DNA of 39,945 nt, from the NCBI GenBank assembly GCA_040378705.1, contig JBEIMN010000001.1, positions 1 through 39,945 of the forward strand, written 5' to 3'. Shown in pieces: positions 37,053 through 39,945 of the stretch. The stretch's first letter is position 1; each line of letters opens with the position of its first letter. The position numbers were made by a program, and so were the translations under genes. This DNA is from Acidobacteriota bacterium (GTDB lineage Bacteria > Acidobacteriota > Blastocatellia > RBC074). Below the pieces are notes generated by a model, which worked only from the letters and a program-made list of their open reading frames with translations, ran no database searches and was not told the origin of the DNA.

Positions 37053-37727
37053 ATGAACGACACAGCGCTGGCGGCGCTCCAGCGAACACTAAGTGAGAAT
37101 CGTGAGGCGAAACGGAAGATGCTCGTCCGTCTTGCGGAGATCGAGAACGAATCGGCGTCCCTCCGCTCGCAATTGGTCTCACTCGACGCAGTGATCGAGC
37201 GGACGGAGCAGTCGTTGCTCCAGCTTCTGTTTCCGGTCGATCGCGCCGTCGATCGAGTGCTGCATAACCAATCAGCACCAGGCCAGGCCAACTCAGTGCA
37301 GACCAATTCGGGCCAGACCGGACTGGGAAATTATGGGATTTACGAACCTGCCGGTTCGAACAATTTTAACGACCCATATTTTTCACCCGACTCACCAGAC
37401 AGTAAGGGACGGATGACCGCCAATGCGGCCGAGATCGAGGCAGAAGTCGCGCGACTGCGCCAGTCGGAGAGCGCTGGAAATGTACGCTTCAACGACTTCA
37501 GAATTCCACAGGCGGCAACGATCGTGCTTCGTGAAGCCAATAGAGCGCTGCACGTCAGCGAGATCTATCGACGGCTGGCTGAAGGTGGTTTTGAGTTTCG
37601 CGGGCAGCACCAGCTGATATCACTTGCCGTCTCGCTCAGTCGGAGCAAGCGTTTTCGCAAGGTCGCGCCCGGTACATTCGAGATCGACCCCAATTATAAT
37701 GCCAGTCAGGCCGGTCAGGTCGCGTAA
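37053..37727 (+). CDS. Hypothetical protein: N-terminal coiled coil, low-complexity linker, C-terminal winged-helix (HARE-HTH-like) domain
   Basis: 224 aa. Heptad-like N-terminus ([36 protein letters not shown]). C-terminus [61 protein letters not shown] resembles HARE-HTH-type wHTH modules. The domain call is by recollection only. Confidence 0.6.
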   Translation: MNDTALAALQRTLSENREAKRKMLVRLAEIENESASLRSQLVSLDAVIERTEQSLLQLLFPVDRAVDRVLHNQSAPGQANSVQTNSGQTGLGNYGIYEPAGSNNFNDPYFSPDSPDSKGRMTANAAEIEAEVARLRQSESAGNVRFNDFRIPQAATIVLREANRALHVSEIYRRLAEGGFEFRGQHQLISLAVSLSRSKRFRKVAPGTFEIDPNYNASQAGQVA

Positions 37728-37800
37728 GCCTTCCCACAAATTCCAGGATCGATATAATCCGGAGGCGGACCGCCCCGGACAGATACAGCCAACTCGCGTT

Positions 37801-38790
37801 ATGAACAGACCCCGGACAGCAATGATACTTGCCGCAGGATTCGGCACCCGCCTCTGGCCGCTGACGATCGGGCGGACAAAACCAGCCCTGCCATTTATGA
37901 ATCGCCCGCTCATCGCTTCGACGATCGAGTATCTCTCTCGCTACGGGTTCCGTGAGATCATCATCAACCTTCACCACGAGCCGGCATCTGTCCGCGAACA
38001 GATTGGGGATGGAAGTCGGTATGGAGTGCGAATCAGCTACTCACTCGAGGAGCCGGAGATACTGGGGACGGCCGGAGCGCTCGACGCGGTAAGGGATCGA
38101 CTTTCGGGAGGGACCTTTGCGGTGATCAACGGAAAGATCATCACCGACCTCGACCTTGAAGCGGCGCTCGAAACCCATCGCCAACGGCGTGCCCTGGCGA
38201 CCCTCGTCCTGAAGAAAAATCGACTCCGGGAGTATTTTCGTGAGGTAATTCTGAACGAAGAAGGTCACCTGACCGGTTTCGGAGCTTTTCCAATTGCGAA
38301 TGAAGCATCGGCCGACCCGCTGATGTTCACTGGAATTCACCTGATGGAACCTGAGATCTTCGAGTATATTCCACGCGGAGTATTTTCGGATTCGGTGCGC
38401 GACGTCTACCCGTGTGCGATTGCCGATGGAAAAACGATTGCCGGCCACATCGGTGAAGGATCATGGTACGAATTGAGTACGCTCGAGCGCTACCTTTCGA
38501 TCAGCCTCGACTTTCTCGGGCGGGAAGGTCGAAACTGGATCGCTGACGATGGATGCCGCATCGACCCAACGGCGAAAGTCAGCCGGTCCGTGCTCTGGAA
38601 GCGGGTCGAAATCGGAGCCGGGGCGAGTCTGTCGGAGTGCATCATTGGAGACGATGTTCGCATCCCGCCCGGAGCGTCATACCACCGGGCGGCGATAGTT
38701 CGGGGTGGCCTGGCGGAGATTGAAGAAAGACCGGAAAAGGCGCTTCCCGGCAGGATCATTGATGGGAATCTTGTCGTGCCTTTTGGCTGA
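37801..38790 (+). CDS. NDP-sugar pyrophosphorylase (sugar-1-phosphate nucleotidyltransferase) with C-terminal left-handed beta-helix
   Basis: 330 aa from the ATG at 37801. [25 protein letters not shown] (the G-x-G-T-R-L signature), GTAGALD, and C-terminal hexapeptide-like repeats. The track start at 37624 would overlap the upstream gene by 104 nt. Confidence 0.8.
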   Translation: MNRPRTAMILAAGFGTRLWPLTIGRTKPALPFMNRPLIASTIEYLSRYGFREIIINLHHEPASVREQIGDGSRYGVRISYSLEEPEILGTAGALDAVRDRLSGGTFAVINGKIITDLDLEAALETHRQRRALATLVLKKNRLREYFREVILNEEGHLTGFGAFPIANEASADPLMFTGIHLMEPEIFEYIPRGVFSDSVRDVYPCAIADGKTIAGHIGEGSWYELSTLERYLSISLDFLGREGRNWIADDGCRIDPTAKVSRSVLWKRVEIGAGASLSECIIGDDVRIPPGASYHRAAIVRGGLAEIEERPEKALPGRIIDGNLVVPFG

Positions 38791-38890
38791 TGATACCATC
38801 GGCAATTACCGGAAGAATTAGTGGCAGGCGGTCAGGGTCAGGTCCTTACCCTGTGGTACAGAGTGTTTACCTTCGGGCAGATAGAGTTCA

Positions 38891-39945
38891 ATGAGTGCAC
38901 CAACTGCAGACAACCCAATTTTCGCACCCGAGATGGAACGGGGAGACTCCGTAATCGCGAGTGGTGGAGTAAGCGAGCGGCGCGTGGTGAGATTCATGGC
39001 CGACTACTTCGACGTAACGGCCGAAGAGGTTCTGATTCAGGCGCTGACACCTGACGCTTCAACACGCAAGTATTTCCGTGTTGCGACCAGCCGAAACCCG
39101 GTGGAGAGACTGATCGTCAGCCTCTATCCGGATCCATTCAATCAGGGCGACAACACATATCTTGACGCGACGAGGCTCTTCGAGCGGGCGGGACTTCCGG
39201 TGCCGCGGATCATCACCGTTGCCGACACCAAGGGGATCATTCTTCAGGAAGATCTTGGCGACATGAGCCTTTCACGCTGGCTTTCAGAGGCGGAAGAGCG
39301 TGGTGACCAGGCCGGCAGTGACGAGATGCTCGACCGTGCGATCGACCTGATCGTGCGCATACAGGGTGCGACAACTCTCGCCTACGCGATTAATGCAATC
39401 GGCAGCACCCTCGCCTTCGATGAGAGCAAGCTCACCTGGGAACTCGACTATTTCTTTACGCACTACTTCAGAAGCTATCGGCAGATGATTATCGCAGAAG
39501 AGGAGATATCATCGATCCGTGCCGACCTGTCACGAATCTCGCGCGAGCTTTCAGCTCGTCCTCGTTTCCTTACTCATCGTGACTACCATGGAATGAACCT
39601 GATGATCGATTTTCAGGGAAATTTACGGGTCATCGATCACCAGGATACAAGAATGGGTCCGGTCACCTATGATCTTGTCCCTCTCCTTGTCGAGAGGCGT
39701 CTCCGGCCAGTTGAGGAGGCATGGATCGAGGATAAGCAGCGGACATTTCTCGCGCTCCGGCGTCAGCGCGGTGTGACGGCAATTGCCCTGCCCGACCTTC
39801 GATACGAGTTTCAACTAATGACCATTCAGCGCCAACTGAAGGCTATCGGCACATTTTCATACCAGACGGCCGTCGTCGGACGCGGCGAAATCTACGAAAA
39901 ATATATCGCACCATCCGTCGCCACGGTTCTGCGTGCCATGCATAC
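38891..39945 (+). CDS. Aminoglycoside-phosphotransferase-fold sugar kinase (AmgK-like), 3'-truncated by the window edge
   Basis: The ORF is open to the window end and so is absent from the track; I translated it by hand. MSAPTADNP...[10 protein letters not shown]...ILQEDLGD...[36 protein letters not shown] carries the Brenner motif HxDxxxxN and the DxD motif of APH/choline-kinase-fold kinases. An in-frame TAG at 38882-38884 bounds the 5' end. Alternative starts lie at 38933 and 38996. Confidence 0.75.
   Translation, partial: MSAPTADNPIFAPEMERGDSVIASGGVSERRVVRFMADYFDVTAEEVLIQALTPDASTRKYFRVATSRNPVERLIVSLYPDPFNQGDNTYLDATRLFERAGLPVPRIITVADTKGIILQEDLGDMSLSRWLSEAEERGDQAGSDEMLDRAIDLIVRIQGATTLAYAINAIGSTLAFDESKLTWELDYFFTHYFRSYRQMIIAEEEISSIRADLSRISRELSARPRFLTHRDYHGMNLMIDFQGNLRVIDHQDTRMGPVTYDLVPLLVERRLRPVEEAWIEDKQRTFLALRRQRGVTAIALPDLRYEFQLMTIQRQLKAIGTFSYQTAVVGRGEIYEKYIAPSVATVLRAMH

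Overview
About 40 kb of moderately GC-rich, densely coding chromosomal DNA: 28 confident protein genes (one running off the right edge), two candidate short ORFs below the track cut-off, and one tRNA. The gene content suggests an Acidobacteriota-like bacterium. This is an inference from a CarboxypepD_reg-type TonB-dependent receptor, a large receptor-like outer-membrane barrel, a VWFA-related secreted protein, Tat-signal Gfo/Idh/MocA oxidoreductases and many secreted hydrolases. Housekeeping genes recognised: rpsT, mfd, glnS, metG-tatD, tlyA, yajQ, an ispB-like polyprenyl synthase, an RfaE-domain-II-like adenylyltransferase and tRNA-Arg(ACG). Accessory content: an M19 dipeptidase, a divergent BNR-sialidase-family / GH29 fucosidase pair, three secreted phosphoesterases (NPP-type, purple-acid-phosphatase-like, PafA-like), a sensor kinase / NtrC-type sigma-54 activator pair, and an NDP-sugar pyrophosphorylase next to an AmgK-like kinase. 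I found no CRISPR array, IS element, integrase, prophage or recognisable defence genes. Five things stand out. (1) Short tandem duplications recur in intergenic regions, often with a 10-bp period, most strikingly a phased array running into the yajQ start codon. (2) A terminator-bounded operon encodes DUF2237, a PAP-like phosphoesterase, an OFA-family MFS transporter and an untracked 36-codon membrane ORF. (3) A perfect consensus promoter sits among repeats about 240 nt upstream of rpsT. (4) An orphan leftward promoter, Shine-Dalgarno (SD) sequence, mini-ORF and hairpin unit lies beside a T10G9 homopolymer junction at the left edge. (5) A receptor-like barrel appears to lack its N-terminal globular domains and is paired with a VWA-like protein that has a degenerate MIDAS motif. 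All functional calls come from motif recognition by eye; no searches were run.
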